Positions 63,529 through 64,000 of a DNA stretch of 64,000 nt are shown in pieces. Both the position numbers and the translations under genes were made by a program. The notes under the pieces were generated by a model, which worked only from the letters and a program-made list of their open reading frames with translations, searched no databases and was not told where the DNA came from. The stretch is taken from contig OZ231126.1 of NCBI GenBank assembly GCA_965153355.1, forward strand, positions 46,314,001-46,378,000, given 5' to 3'. The stretch comes from Flaccisagitta enflata. Taxonomy: Eukaryota. The first letter of the stretch is position 1; every line of letters begins with the position of its first letter.

Positions 63529-64000
63529 CTGAAATTGATGTAGTAAATAAAGAGCAAAAGTCCTGTAGAACACAGGGGGAATCTGTCCATCCGTCCGTCC
63601 GTACGTCCCCCCCCTTCCCGCCTCACCCTCGGCTTCGTCTCCTTTGGGGCCCAAATCCAAACTGTATGGCCCAAATCCGAGCAAAATGGTCCAAATCCGC
63701 CCAAAATTGGCCAAATCTAGGCAAAATGGCCTGAGACCAGGTAAAATGGGCCTTAACTGGCTAAAAAACCTGAATTCTGGCCTGAGTTCTATCATCTTGG
63801 CCCCTTAAACTTAGATTCTGGCTCCAAAAACCCACATCCAAGCCTTAGAGACCCAGATCCTGACCTTTGGGACCCAGATTCTGACCTCCAAGACCTAGGT
63901 GCTAGCCTAAAAGACCTAAATCCTAGCCTCAGAGGACCAAATCCTGACCTCAGAAACTGAAATCCTTGCCTCTGAGACCAAGAATTTGGTCTCTGAGATC

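Overview
Repeat-rich animal (eukaryotic) genomic DNA with GT-AG introns; the species cannot be identified from the sequence. The right 26 kb holds four tightly packed minus-strand genes: (1) the last two exons of a selenophosphate synthetase followed by a type II SECIS hairpin, implying the selenoprotein SPS2/SEPHS2; (2) an intronless HAD-IIA phosphatase; (3) a 19-exon, ~2220 aa RRM + MYND + 8x Tudor protein (Vreteno/TDRD1-like, piRNA pathway); and (4) a short GRGRG-bearing gene resembling a partial MIF4G domain. The spacers are only 358, 337 and 480 nt, lack repeats and a canonical AATAAA, and each ends in a 3' splice acceptor just before the next ATG. This suggests a trans-spliced eukaryotic operon (inference). 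The left part has a SAXO-family ciliary gene with an X-box, two orphan membrane-protein-like exons, and dense, often nested MITEs, Helentron-like elements, a ~5 kb foldback element, satellites and microsatellites. All gene models were assembled by hand and checked for splice phase; no database search was possible.
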